A stretch of DNA of 64,000 bases from Candidatus Woesebacteria bacterium GW2011_GWB1_39_10 (GTDB taxonomy: Bacteria; Patescibacteriota; Microgenomatia; UBA8517), in assembly GCA_000993205.1 (NCBI GenBank), contig LBVU01000004.1, forward strand, positions 27,338 to 91,337, given 5' to 3'. Under the pieces are notes generated by a model. That model was not told the DNA's origin. It did no database searches and saw only the letters and a list, made by a program, of their open reading frames with translations. Below are positions 1 through 9,660 of this stretch, piece by piece. Numbering within the stretch: the stretch's first letter is position 1; each line of letters opens with the position of its first letter. A program made the position numbers and the translations under genes.

Positions 1-796
1 TGTCCTTAATAACATACTCCCCTCCTTTGTAAAAAGAATTGGCAGCTACATCTAGTCCCAAAAAAACATCGCGTCCCAATGAATATTTTGTTTGTTTAAT
101 CGACTCTACAAATACCTCAAAAGCGTCCGCGTTAGTAAAAAGGTTGGGTGCATAACCCCCCTCGTGCCCCACTGAATGAATCGCTCCGCGTCTTGCTAAA
201 TTTTCACCGATGCTTAGATAAACTTCAGCTCCAATCTGAAGTCCCTCAGTAAAGGTTTTATTGCTGGCGGGAATGCACCAAAATTCTTGAAAATCCAGAT
301 TTCCCGCTCCATGAAGACCTCCGTTAATCATATTAAAAAGAGGGATGGGCATCTTTACACTTTTGGTTATTCCACCTTTTGAGGCTAAAGCAAAAATCCA
401 AGCATAAAGTTGTTGACCGAGCGCGGCAGCTCCTGCTTTGGCTACACCCTGCGAGATGGATAGAATTGCATTTGCCCCATATTTACTTTTATTTTCCGTA
501 CCGTCAATTTCAATCAAACGTTTATCTATTCCAAACTGATCTGTGGGGTCCATCCCAAGTATTGCCTGCCCTAAAACAGAATTAACGTTTTCTACAGCTT
601 TTAACACCCCTTGACCCAAATATCTCGGATTGTCCGCATCTCTTAACTCAAGCGCCTCATGCGTGCCTGTTGAGGTTCCGGCAGGAACGGCGGACACGGA
701 AACTATGCCGTTATCAAGCATACATGCGGTTTCAACAGTAGGCACTCCGCGACTGTCCAATATTTCCCTGGCCCAAACTTTAGATATTTTTGCCAT
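1..796 (-). CDS. eno: Enolase (phosphopyruvate hydratase), N-terminal ~265 aa; 3' end runs off the window
   Basis: Reverse-complement translation from the ATG at 794-796 gives MAKISKVWAREILDSRGVPTVE..., the classic enolase N-terminus. No stop before the window edge. Start lies 10 nt downstream of the ppsA stop. Confidence 0.85.
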   Translation of the reverse strand, partial: MAKISKVWAREILDSRGVPTVETACMLDNGIVSVSAVPAGTSTGTHEALELRDADNPRYLGQGVLKAVENVNSVLGQAILGMDPTDQFGIDKRLIEIDGTENKSKYGANAILSISQGVAKAGAAALGQQLYAWIFALASKGGITKSVKMPIPLFNMINGGLHGAGNLDFQEFWCIPASNKTFTEGLQIGAEVYLSIGENLARRGAIHSVGHEGGYAPNLFTNADAFEVFVESIKQTKYSLGRDVFLGLDVAANSFYKGGEYVIKD

Positions 797-805
797 AATT
801 TTTGA

Positions 806-3085
806 TTATATTTCTTTTTCTGCTTCCGCAACTACGCCCCTAACTCTGTTTATTGAATCCGGATTGATTGACAAACTTGTAATTCCCCATCTTACCAATT
901 TTTTAACTAAATCCTCATACGTGCTTGGGGCTTGCCCACAAATTGAACTGGTTACTCCGGCAGCATTGCATTTTGTTATAACCCGTTTAAGAGCCCACAA
1001 AACCGCGGGGGATCTTTCATTAAATTCCTGCGCCACTTCAGAATTATCTCGATCCGTACCCTGCATAAGCATGGTCAAATCATTACTGCCGATAGAGACT
1101 CCGTCGATTCCCACCTTAATAAAATCTTCTATTTGGATAACATTAACAGGAATTTCAACCATCATCCAAAATTTGAAGGATGATTTTTCAAAAAGCCCCT
1201 CAGTTGCTACGAGCCTTCTAACTTTTGCAAGCTCCTCAGGAGATCTTACAAAAGGAATCATCAAATGTAAATTGTCATATTTTTCGCGCACTCTTTTTAT
1301 AGCCGCAAGTTCCAAGTTAAACACCTCCGGGCTAGACACATAACGGAATGCGCCGCGGAACCCTAACATGGGATTGGGTTCTACAGGCTCCCAAGTCGCG
1401 CCCCCTTTTAGACTTCTATATTCGTTTGTTTTGAAATCAGTTGCTCTGTAAGTAACAGGTCTGGGATAGAAAGCCTTACAAAAGGTAGTTAAATCGTCCG
1501 CCAACTTATCGATAAAAATATCCTGCTTCTTGTCGGCAATGGCCTGTTTGGGATGGATACCGATGTTAGCAATCATGAATTCAGCCCTAAGTAGTCCCAC
1601 GCCGTCTACATACTGTTTAGCGATCTCCTGAGCGCGTTCCGGTTCAGCCAAATTCACATAAATTTTGGTGGCTGTTTTTGTCTTGACTATTTTCTCTTTG
1701 AGCTTGATTGCGGCTTCCTGCTTAACAGTTTTTGCGCCGACAAAAACCTGTCCCAGGGCGCCGTCAACCGTGACAATGGATCCTTCTTTTAGTTTTGATG
1801 TTCCGTCATGCGTACCGACGACGCAAGGAATACCGAGTTCTCTTGAAACTATGGCAGCGTGTGAAGTTTGACCACCTTCGTCAGTTACAATCGCAGCGGC
1901 CTTTTTCATAGCCGGAACATAATCAGGAGAAGTCATGGGGGCCACCAACACATCTCCTTTTTGCACTTTACCGATTTCTTTGGGTCTTTTAAGGATTTTT
2001 ACTGGGCCAGTTCCGAGGCCCGGGGAAGCAGCAGCACCTGTGACAATCGGTATTTCTGTTGTTTTAACAAACCCCATACCTTTTTGTGTTTTGACCGCCT
2101 TAGCCTCACTCCTATCTACCGCCGAAATAGTGGTAATCGGCCTTGTTTGAACAATATACAGTTTACCTTTTTCTTTTGCCCACTCGCAATCCTGAGGAAA
2201 ATAATAATGCTTTTGAAGTTTGTCCGCATACTTTGCCAATTCCACTATTTCCCCGTCGGTAATTTTTTGTTTATCCCGAAGTTTCTGAGGGACTTCTCTC
2301 TCGATTGTTTTTCCACCCTCTTTGGTTAATTGGATGCTCTGATCCGAAATTTCCTTGGAGAGGATAGCAAACGTTCCCTTTTGAACAACATAATTATCAG
2401 GTACTACTGAGCCCTGAACTATCATTTCCCCAAGACCCCAAACAGATTCTATTAGAATTCTTTCTTTATCGTTTTTAACAGGATCAATGGAGAACATGAC
2501 ACCGCTTACCTCGCTCTGAACCATTTTCATAACTATCACAGAAATTTTTACACTTTCATGCTTAATCTTATTTTCCACGCGGTAAAAAATTGATCTCGGG
2601 GTAAAAAGTGACGCCCAACATTCGCGTACATTTACAAGAAGGTTGGCATCTCCTTGAACGTTTAAAAAACTGGCCTGTTGCCCCGCAAACGATGTATCTC
2701 CGGAATCTTCTGCGGTAGCAGACGATCTGACAGCTACCAATGCTTTTTTAAATACTCCTGAAAGTTTTTTGTATGAGGCGATGATCGCCTGTGAGACGTC
2801 GTCGGGGAACTTTCCGTTAACTACCATCTTTTGAATTTTGGCAGATACGTCTCCAAGTTGAATCGGATCGTTTACATCTGTTACGCTTAGAATCTCATAA
2901 ATTTTCTTTGCTATTTCGTTTTCCGCCAAAAAGGCGTCATAAGCATTAATTGTAATTGCAAACCCATTGGGAACCGGAAACCCGGCCTTTGCCATTTCGC
3001 CAAGATTGGCACCCTTGCCGCCTACCAAGGGAGTGTCGTGTTTATCGATATCCTTGAAGAATTTAATTACAGGCAGTGTAACCAT
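806..3085 (-). CDS. ppsA: Phosphoenolpyruvate synthase / pyruvate,water dikinase (PEP-utilizing enzyme family)
   Basis: 759 aa. N-terminal VGGKGANLGEM nucleotide-binding motif, central phospho-His swivel domain GGQTSHAAIVSRELGIPCVVG, and a C-terminal PEP-utilizing TIM-barrel region. Size fits PpsA rather than the longer PPDK. Confidence 0.78.
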   Translation of the reverse strand: MVTLPVIKFFKDIDKHDTPLVGGKGANLGEMAKAGFPVPNGFAITINAYDAFLAENEIAKKIYEILSVTDVNDPIQLGDVSAKIQKMVVNGKFPDDVSQAIIASYKKLSGVFKKALVAVRSSATAEDSGDTSFAGQQASFLNVQGDANLLVNVRECWASLFTPRSIFYRVENKIKHESVKISVIVMKMVQSEVSGVMFSIDPVKNDKERILIESVWGLGEMIVQGSVVPDNYVVQKGTFAILSKEISDQSIQLTKEGGKTIEREVPQKLRDKQKITDGEIVELAKYADKLQKHYYFPQDCEWAKEKGKLYIVQTRPITTISAVDRSEAKAVKTQKGMGFVKTTEIPIVTGAAASPGLGTGPVKILKRPKEIGKVQKGDVLVAPMTSPDYVPAMKKAAAIVTDEGGQTSHAAIVSRELGIPCVVGTHDGTSKLKEGSIVTVDGALGQVFVGAKTVKQEAAIKLKEKIVKTKTATKIYVNLAEPERAQEIAKQYVDGVGLLRAEFMIANIGIHPKQAIADKKQDIFIDKLADDLTTFCKAFYPRPVTYRATDFKTNEYRSLKGGATWEPVEPNPMLGFRGAFRYVSSPEVFNLELAAIKRVREKYDNLHLMIPFVRSPEELAKVRRLVATEGLFEKSSFKFWMMVEIPVNVIQIEDFIKVGIDGVSIGSNDLTMLMQGTDRDNSEVAQEFNERSPAVLWALKRVITKCNAAGVTSSICGQAPSTYEDLVKKLVRWGITSLSINPDSINRVRGVVAEAEKEI

Positions 3086-3098
3086 ACAAATATATATT

Positions 3099-3124
3099 AA
3101 AAGGTAAAAGGTAAAAGGTAAAGA
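3099..3124. repeat. (AAAGGTA)x3 tandem heptamer in the divergent pps/trpR-like intergenic region
   Basis: aaaaggtaaaaggtaaaaggtaaag read directly. Inverse-orientation CTTTACC units follow at 3150-3195. Confidence 0.7.
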
Positions 3125-3224
3125 GGCTAATATAGCTATCTATCCAAATCTCACCTTTACAGTTCTTTACCACGCTTTACTATCTTTACCGCTTTGTGTT
3201 TATTCTTAATATCATATCTCGTCT

Positions 3225-3250
3225 ACTACCATAATTCGAATTATGGTAGT
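3225..3250. promoter_or_regulatory. Perfect 26-bp palindrome ACTACCATAATTCGAATTATGGTAGT ending 8 nt before the trpR-like start codon
   Basis: Read directly. An identical copy sits at 3702-3727 just after the same gene. Confidence 0.6.
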
Positions 3251-3257
3251 ATAAATT

Positions 3258-3698
3258 ATGTCGCAAGTTTCCAAACATTTTATGAGTTCCAAAATTTCCG
3301 AAAAAGTATATGGCGTTTTTATTAATTGCATTAAAAGTTCAAAATCTCAAACAGAAACAGTCGAATTTTTGAACGATCTTCTTTCTCCTCCCGAAAAGAC
3401 AATGTTGGCAAAACGCGTCGCTATAGCTTTTATGCTCCTTGAAAACAAATACACATATGAGGAAATTTCCAACACTTTAAAGATAAGTTTTGGCACAATC
3501 GCTAAAGTAAATTCGGCTTTCGCATTAAAAGGAAATGGCTATAAAAAGATTATCGGAAATTTTGTATTGAAAAAATCGATACGAAACTCTTTGTCTGAAT
3601 TTTTAGATTTGATAAAACCATCAACAAGAACATTGATGGGAGAAGTATTTCTTAAGCCTAAAATCAAATCAAAATTAAAACGCGAGGAACCACTATAA
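3258..3698 (+). CDS. TrpR/YerC-YecD-like small HTH DNA-binding protein
   Basis: 146 aa. LLSPPEKTMLAKRVAIAFMLLENKYTYEEISNTLKISFGTIAKVNSAF matches the Trp-repressor-like YerC/YecD pattern (helix-turn-helix). Confidence 0.55.
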   Translation: MSQVSKHFMSSKISEKVYGVFINCIKSSKSQTETVEFLNDLLSPPEKTMLAKRVAIAFMLLENKYTYEEISNTLKISFGTIAKVNSAFALKGNGYKKIIGNFVLKKSIRNSLSEFLDLIKPSTRTLMGEVFLKPKIKSKLKREEPL

Positions 3699-3701
3699 AC
3701 C

Positions 3702-3727
3702 ACTACCATAATTCGAATTATGGTAGT
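3702..3727. promoter_or_regulatory. Second identical copy of the 26-bp palindrome, 4 nt after the trpR-like stop
   Basis: Exact repeat of 3225-3250. Could act as operator and/or RNA hairpin. Confidence 0.6.
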
Positions 3728-3760
3728 AAATAGAACGCAGGGAGTATAATATACATAGTT

Positions 3761-4318
3761 ATGATCACTGAAAATATCATCGAGAGAGTCACAAAATTTC
3801 AGGAAGTATTGAAGGCCTTTCCGGAATTTAAATATTTAGGTGATCCTATTTTGAGAACTCCTACACAGCCCGTAGAATTGGAGGAAGGTTTTATAATTGG
3901 TAAAAAGTTAGGTGAAATTCTTATAAATTATAGAAAATTAACCGGTATTGGCAGAGGCCTCGCGGCCCCTCAAATTGGGATTGCAAGATCTGTTTTCACC
4001 ACCTATTTAGATGATAAAATTCAAATATATATAAATCCAAAAATAGTAAGCTCATCAAACAAATCCAATCTTTACCGGGAGTTATGTTTAAGTTCAGGTA
4101 TTATGTGGGCAGACGTTGAGAGACCTGTTTCTATCAAAATAGAGTGGATAAACGAATTAGGAGTAAAAGAAGATAAAGTTTTTGATAGTTTTATGGCTAG
4201 ACTTTTACAACATGAGGAGGCTCATTTGCGTGGTATTTGTAATTTAGATCAGGCTGTTGCGGGAACTATTGAAATACAACTAAGCGATCCACTTCAAGAA
4301 AAAATAAGAGAGAAATAA
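3761..4318 (+). CDS. def: Peptide deformylase
   Basis: 185 aa. Motifs GIGLAAPQIG, ELCLSS (EGCLS-like) and QHEEAHLRG (HExxH) are present. Confidence 0.8.
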   Translation: MITENIIERVTKFQEVLKAFPEFKYLGDPILRTPTQPVELEEGFIIGKKLGEILINYRKLTGIGRGLAAPQIGIARSVFTTYLDDKIQIYINPKIVSSSNKSNLYRELCLSSGIMWADVERPVSIKIEWINELGVKEDKVFDSFMARLLQHEEAHLRGICNLDQAVAGTIEIQLSDPLQEKIREK

Positions 4319-4319
4319 A

Positions 4320-5393
4320 TCAGTGCACGGGCTGGAAGAGTTTATTTTTAAGTTCAATAATCCAAGGCTCTGGGCCGGGATCAACTCCTTCCAAAATGGA
4401 AAGATAGTACCCAATCCACGCACAAAGATGTGGGATTTCCAAAGCCTGGGATAGCTCACTTTTGCACCTTAACTCATAACTCTTATATGACAGGCCTTGT
4501 TTTTCAAAAAGTTCTTTTGTCACCCCATATCTAAGTTTTACCCTTTCGTGATTAAAAGAACTTTCCAAAAATAAATATTTGATTTTATCTTTTGCAAAAT
4601 CGGGTTTAAGAGTCGCCTCCACCATTACATGGTCAACTTCCGGAAAATCAAAGAAAAGGCCGAAAGTTCGCCCTACTTCACAAATAACATTCCTCCCCGC
4701 GTTAAGTGAACCTATAAAAGGCCTTCCCCCGAAGAGGGCAGGAATTGCGCCATGAAACCATTCAGCTAATTCTTTGGCCAAGTTATCTTTTGTGAGAATT
4801 TCGGGTAGCCAATTTCGTCTGACGTCTTCCAGATCGGCTAGAGCTGCCATTACGTCCTCCTTAAAATACGGAATAACCCCCGCTTTAGCTAAAACACCAA
4901 GAAGAGCCCCAAGGGAGACGCCAAGTCCCGTTTTTGGGTAACCTGTGCGATTTGTATCTCCCGGAGTAACCACCGCCCCTTCTATCTCACCCGATTTAAT
5001 CATTTCGGCGATTTTTCCTCCTGTGGAAACTCCCAGAGTTTTTGATCCTCTTTTTTTTGCCTCCGTTATCGCCGACAAAGTTTCCTCGGTGTTGCCTGAG
5101 TAAGAATTGGCTATAACCAAAGTATCTGAATCTACCCAGCCGGGAAGTCCGTAATCGTTATATAAAACAAAGGGAAATTTCGAATCCTTCTGCATTAAAC
5201 TTTCGATTATTTTGGCCGCATTAGAAGACCCCCCCATGCCGCTAACAAGAACCGATTTAAACTCTATCATAGGAATATCAGCGTTAGTAGCTTGGGTAAA
5301 GCATTCACGGATCTGGTCCGGAAAAAGCGCCAAAGCTTTACCCACCTTCATTGGATCTATTTTTTCAAAATCGCTAAAATTATCTAAATTCAT
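4320..5393 (-). CDS. Bifunctional phosphoglucose/phosphomannose isomerase (archaeal-type SIS-domain PGI/PMI), putative
   Basis: 357 aa. SIS-like region SGMGGSSNAAKII. Sits in the glycolytic gene block. Confidence 0.5.
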   Translation of the reverse strand: MNLDNFSDFEKIDPMKVGKALALFPDQIRECFTQATNADIPMIEFKSVLVSGMGGSSNAAKIIESLMQKDSKFPFVLYNDYGLPGWVDSDTLVIANSYSGNTEETLSAITEAKKRGSKTLGVSTGGKIAEMIKSGEIEGAVVTPGDTNRTGYPKTGLGVSLGALLGVLAKAGVIPYFKEDVMAALADLEDVRRNWLPEILTKDNLAKELAEWFHGAIPALFGGRPFIGSLNAGRNVICEVGRTFGLFFDFPEVDHVMVEATLKPDFAKDKIKYLFLESSFNHERVKLRYGVTKELFEKQGLSYKSYELRCKSELSQALEIPHLCAWIGYYLSILEGVDPGPEPWIIELKNKLFQPVH

Positions 5394-6172
5394 GATGAGT
5401 TAATAATATCAGTAAGTTGCTCATAAATAAACTTATTATTCGCAACAATGAAAGTTCCATCGTCAAATACTTTAATTAACGCTCCAGCCTCATTTGCAAT
5501 TAAAAGTCCCGTAACTAGATCGTGATGGTGGGGCGGGTTGGTTAAATTGATATACGCCTCAACTCCTCCTCGAGCCAAAAAGCATAAAGCGATATTGCTA
5601 CTGTTGTCTTGACGTATTCTGTAACACTTTTCGGAAATATTTTTCATCGCATTCCATCCTTTTTCATAATTAACGAATTTACGATTTTTTGTAGGTATAT
5701 AAAATCCAATATACGAAGATTCCATCTGTTTTTGACTTGAAATATTTATTTTGTTTCCATTTATAAAAGCGCCTCTTCCGGAACTTGCGCTATATAGCTC
5801 GTCCGTAGCGGGAAGGTAAATTACCCCTACAACAGCCTTTCCATTATATTCCAAGCAAATGCTTACATTATAAAGTGGAATCCCTCGAACATAAGATTTT
5901 GTTCCATCCAAAGGGTCTATTACCCATCTATAATCCGATTTGTTGTCGATTTCAGGGCTTTCTTCGGAGAAAATTGAATGGTCCGGATATTTTTTGGTTA
6001 TTTCATCAATAATATATTTTTCTGAAGCCAGATCAGCGGTTGTTGCAATATCTTGAATATCTTTTTGTTTAACTATCCTTGCATCTTTTTGGAGATCAAG
6101 AAGAATTTTACCTGCGTTAACAGCCAGCTTTTCTGCAAAATTTTTGAATTCTATGTAATTATTCGAGGGCAT
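5390..6172 (-). CDS. Inositol monophosphatase / fructose-1,6-bisphosphatase family protein
   Basis: 260 aa. IMPase signature WVIDPLDGT plus a DPxDG context. Overlaps neighbours by 4 and 14 nt. Confidence 0.75.
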   Translation of the reverse strand: MPSNNYIEFKNFAEKLAVNAGKILLDLQKDARIVKQKDIQDIATTADLASEKYIIDEITKKYPDHSIFSEESPEIDNKSDYRWVIDPLDGTKSYVRGIPLYNVSICLEYNGKAVVGVIYLPATDELYSASSGRGAFINGNKINISSQKQMESSYIGFYIPTKNRKFVNYEKGWNAMKNISEKCYRIRQDNSSNIALCFLARGGVEAYINLTNPPHHHDLVTGLLIANEAGALIKVFDDGTFIVANNKFIYEQLTDIINSS

Positions 6173-7598
6173 GAATATTAACCCCAGCCGACCAATCGAT
6201 TTCTGGATATTTCTTTAAAATTTCTCTGATTTTCACCTTTAATGAGTCGTACTGTGCCTGAGTTTTACCTTCAAACTTAACTGTAATATACGGCCCATTT
6301 TGGCTAGCGCGGATTATAACCATTTCATCTTTTGTGTCAGCTCTAAATCCATCAATATCCACATATGATGCGTTTGAAAAAATATTTTTAACGTCTAAAC
6401 TAATATTTTCATTAATAAGTTTAAATTTGAGATCGTCAGCAAGTCCTAATTTTATTTCCGGACTTGAGATATATTTAGGGATTTGCCCAACAGCCTCTTT
6501 TAAGGAAAGCTTTTTACGCTTCAAGTAATCAAGAAGTCTTAAAGTTGCAAAAGAAGTATCGTCATGACCGTAAAAGCTATCCATAAAGAATATGTGTCCG
6601 GAAAGCTCCCCCCCGAACGGAGATCTTGATTCTTTAACTTTCGCTTTAATAAAACTGTGTCCTGTAAGCCACATAACTGGTTTACCCCCCGATGAGGTTA
6701 TGACATCTGAAGTCGCTTTTGAACACAACGTGTTAAATATTATTGGGGCGCCTGGCATATATTCCAAGATATCCTTGGCGTAAATTGCAACCAAGACATC
6801 ATTCCATATTAAATTGCCTTCCCCATCGACTATCCCAATACGGTCGCCGTCCGGATCATACGAAACTCCAAAATCCGCCTTTTCTTTTACAACTCTTTTA
6901 GCCAACCTTTCTTGCGCCTCGCGCTCAGTCGGATCTGGCGTGCCTAGCGGGAAATTTCCGTCCAAATTCGTATTTTGTTCAATTACTGTACAGCCGGCCC
7001 TACGTATGATTTCCGGCAAAAACATGCTTGCGGTAGCATTTAAGCCATCGACCACAACCTTCAGACCGCTGTCGGTAAGCGGAATCTTATTAAACAGATC
7101 CTCTACATAAAACGGGAACGCATCCTCTTGTTTGTAAGTCGCTTTTCTATCGAAAGATCTAAATTCTCCCGATTCTGTAATCTTTCTAATTTGTTGCACC
7201 TCATCTGTTAACAAAGTGTCTGAAAACCCAGCTGCCAATTTTAATCCATTGTAATTTTTAGGATTGTGGGAGGCAGTTACCATTGCCCCGCCTTTTGAAA
7301 GATAGTGGTACTGAGCAAAATACAAAATCTGAGAAAGCGTCAGCCCTATATCTATAACGTCAACTCCCGAATCCAAAAGAGCCTTCACAAAAGATTTTTG
7401 GAATTTCTCAGAAGTTAACCTAACATCGCGTCCGACTACTGCCATGCTAATTCTTCTTTCATATAAAAATGTGGCATAGGCTTTACCTAACGTGTAATAA
7501 ACATCTTCATTCAAGTCTTTGTCTACCACACCGCGAATATCGTAACCTCTGAAGATTTCCGGGTTGATATTTTTTACCAGTTTCATTGATGCTGTCAT
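6159..7598 (-). CDS. Phosphoglucomutase/phosphomannomutase (alpha-D-phosphohexomutase)
   Basis: 479 aa. Active-site TASHNP motif and GVVVGRD-like N-terminal region. Real start may be the internal MKLVKN. Confidence 0.8.
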   Translation of the reverse strand: MTASMKLVKNINPEIFRGYDIRGVVDKDLNEDVYYTLGKAYATFLYERRISMAVVGRDVRLTSEKFQKSFVKALLDSGVDVIDIGLTLSQILYFAQYHYLSKGGAMVTASHNPKNYNGLKLAAGFSDTLLTDEVQQIRKITESGEFRSFDRKATYKQEDAFPFYVEDLFNKIPLTDSGLKVVVDGLNATASMFLPEIIRRAGCTVIEQNTNLDGNFPLGTPDPTEREAQERLAKRVVKEKADFGVSYDPDGDRIGIVDGEGNLIWNDVLVAIYAKDILEYMPGAPIIFNTLCSKATSDVITSSGGKPVMWLTGHSFIKAKVKESRSPFGGELSGHIFFMDSFYGHDDTSFATLRLLDYLKRKKLSLKEAVGQIPKYISSPEIKLGLADDLKFKLINENISLDVKNIFSNASYVDIDGFRADTKDEMVIIRASQNGPYITVKFEGKTQAQYDSLKVKIREILKKYPEIDWSAGVNIHALE

Positions 7599-8269
7599 TT
7601 TAATCGTTTAATCATCAACAGGTCAAGCGCGGTAACTAAATCGCTTTTTCTTGTCTTTACTTCAATGTCAATTTCCGACATTCTTTCAATTAGACCCTTT
7701 AATTGTTCTTCCGAATATTTTGAACTTTGAACTTTTAACTTTGCGCTTCTCCAAGTCGGATACGGCATTGAATTTGAATCGACTTTCGCCCAATATAAAT
7801 CACGGAAAAGTTTGGCAATAAGAGTAAAAATAAATTCCGGAGCGTCTCTCTCTATAATCTTATGAAACTCCAGTATAGCTTGTTTGGAATTTCCCGGGTA
7901 GATATGTTCCAAAAAAGTCCAGATGATAACCGGCAATTTAAACTCTTCAATTTTGACATCTTTTGGAAGAGACGAAAGAAGAGTCTTTGGAATATAACCC
8001 TCATGATAAACAATCAGATTGCCCGGAAGATCGGTATATTTCTTATTTAGCCATTCAATTTCTTTTTTTCCCAGTCTTTTAATATCCCTTAGAACAAAGA
8101 ATCTCTCGTTGGAAAAAAGTGAAGTGGAAGATAATGTTTCTTGTAATTTGATAGAAGGATTATCCAAATAGTCAACTTCCCAACTTCTACCGCGTGCAGT
8201 TTCTACAAATTTTTGCAAACGGGCATATGATTTTCTCTCGTCATCACCATGTAAGATTATTGTCTTCAT
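7595..8269 (-). CDS. holA: DNA polymerase III delta subunit-like (HolA), putative
   Basis: 224 aa. N-terminal MKTIILHGDD and the LFSNERFFVLRD motif fit clamp-loader delta subunits. Short, as in reduced genomes. Confidence 0.5.
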   Translation of the reverse strand: MKTIILHGDDERKSYARLQKFVETARGRSWEVDYLDNPSIKLQETLSSTSLFSNERFFVLRDIKRLGKKEIEWLNKKYTDLPGNLIVYHEGYIPKTLLSSLPKDVKIEEFKLPVIIWTFLEHIYPGNSKQAILEFHKIIERDAPEFIFTLIAKLFRDLYWAKVDSNSMPYPTWRSAKLKVQSSKYSEEQLKGLIERMSEIDIEVKTRKSDLVTALDLLMIKRLK

Positions 8270-8289
8270 ATATAAATCGTTTCAAATGT

Positions 8290-8372
8290 TTTATTGTCAT
8301 TGCGAGGCATCCGAAGCAATCTGTCCATGTCAGAGATTGCCTCGTCGCCTACCGCTCCTCGCAATGACACAA
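8290..8372. repeat. Long nested inverted repeat (13-bp perfect outer stem TGTCATTGCGAGG/CCTCGCAATGACA plus an inner GAAGCAATCTG/CAGAGATTGCCTC stem)
   Basis: Seen directly between the holA-like and metallopeptidase-like genes. REP-like element or structured RNA. Confidence 0.55.
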
Positions 8373-8380
8373 GCCCCATA

Positions 8381-8797
8381 TTAATCAAAATTTTCAAAAT
8401 AACGCAGAACAAGCTCGTCTAACTTTTTACGAAAACTTCCTTTTTTTCTGTGAGTGTGGGGAACCAGGGCCCCTGAAAAATTATGAGGGATGTGTGTCAA
8501 CTCATGAAGAATAACCTTATCCTGATTTCTTTTATCCAATTTATCAAAATGTTCAGCCAGTACCTCAATAATATATCCAGGTTCTATCCCCAAGGACCTC
8601 TGCCAAAGAGCCGGCAAGCCCCACGTTCTTGCATATGCCCTAGCTTTGGAATCTGTAGATCTATAAAAAAAGAGACGCTCATACAAAATCCAATCCATTT
8701 TAAGCTCTGTTATCAGTTTAAGTGACCTTTTTGCAATATCCGGTGCATCCAACCATTCAACTGATTTTGAAGACTTCCGCTTTCTTTTTGACCTCAT
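8381..8797 (-). CDS. Putative HExxH zinc metallohydrolase (YgjP/DUF45-like)
   Basis: 138 aa. HELTHIPHNFSG resembles the HExxHxxxHNHS motif of COG1451-type metal-dependent hydrolases. Shorter than typical. Confidence 0.4.
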   Translation of the reverse strand: MRSKRKRKSSKSVEWLDAPDIAKRSLKLITELKMDWILYERLFFYRSTDSKARAYARTWGLPALWQRSLGIEPGYIIEVLAEHFDKLDKRNQDKVILHELTHIPHNFSGALVPHTHRKKGSFRKKLDELVLRYFENFD

Positions 8798-9120
8798 GAC
8801 AACTCCAAGGATATCACACTTTATATACTTCAGCTCCCTCTTTTACAACCTCTTGAGTTTTGAGACCAACCACTTCGCCTTTATTTGCTGAATCCTTCTT
8901 TTCATGCTCTACCTGGATAGAATCGACATTTTGTTCAAACAAAGTCTCTCCGTCCCTCATAAATTTAACTTCATCGTTAACAGAAAGAGTTCCGTCAAGT
9001 TCGATTATGGCAACCCCTAATTTATCGTAATAGTGAGTAACTTTACCTATTTTAAAAATAATTAATCACCCCAGTTCTAAATTCGAATATCGAAAATCGA
9101 ATGTTTAAAATTTAAAACAT

Positions 9121-9660
9121 CTAAGCCTTCGTATTTGTTTTGGATTTGATATTTCGTGCTTCGGATTTACTTTCCCCCAATTTAAACGCATGTGTTAAAG
9201 CAATTGCAAGAGCGTCGGCAGCATTATCAAAATGAGTTTTTTTATGCGCGCCGCTTTTTACACGACTGCCTAGAATCTTTCTAATATGTGCTTGTACTTC
9301 TTTTTTGTTAGCTCTTCCTGAACCGGTAATCATTTTTTTAATTGTTCCGGGCGCGTATTCTTCGACATGAACATTTGTTTTACTTGCCGCCAGTAACATC
9401 ACACCTTGAGCTTGACCAACCGCTATTACTGTTTTTGCATTCGTTGCAAAAAATATTTTCTCAAAAACAAAAACATCAGGTTTATGTTTTTTAATGAGAG
9501 CAACAATTTCTTCAAAAATGAGGTCCAGTCTGCGTTCCTTAAGAAGAGTTTTACTTGTTTCGATCAACCCCCATGTGACGACTTCGTTTCCCTTTCCGTT
9601 TAAACGAACAAGTCCGAAACCGGTTGTGGCCGTACCGGGATCTATTCCTAAAATAAGCAT
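9121..9660 (-). CDS. ruvC: Holliday junction resolvase RuvC, with a repeat-derived C-terminal extension
   Basis: ILGIDPGTATTGFG RNase-H-fold N-terminus from the internal ATG at 9658-9660. The tail ESKSEARNIKSKTNTKA is encoded by TTCG/ATTTG repeat DNA. Confidence 0.8.
   Translation of the reverse strand: MLILGIDPGTATTGFGLVRLNGKGNEVVTWGLIETSKTLLKERRLDLIFEEIVALIKKHKPDVFVFEKIFFATNAKTVIAVGQAQGVMLLAASKTNVHVEEYAPGTIKKMITGSGRANKKEVQAHIRKILGSRVKSGAHKKTHFDNAADALAIALTHAFKLGESKSEARNIKSKTNTKA

Noticed and set aside
630-1343. 237-aa plus-strand ORF
   Set aside because: Lies entirely antisense to the eno/ppsA coding sequence and has low-complexity S/T/L-rich composition. Artefact of the opposite-strand reading frame.
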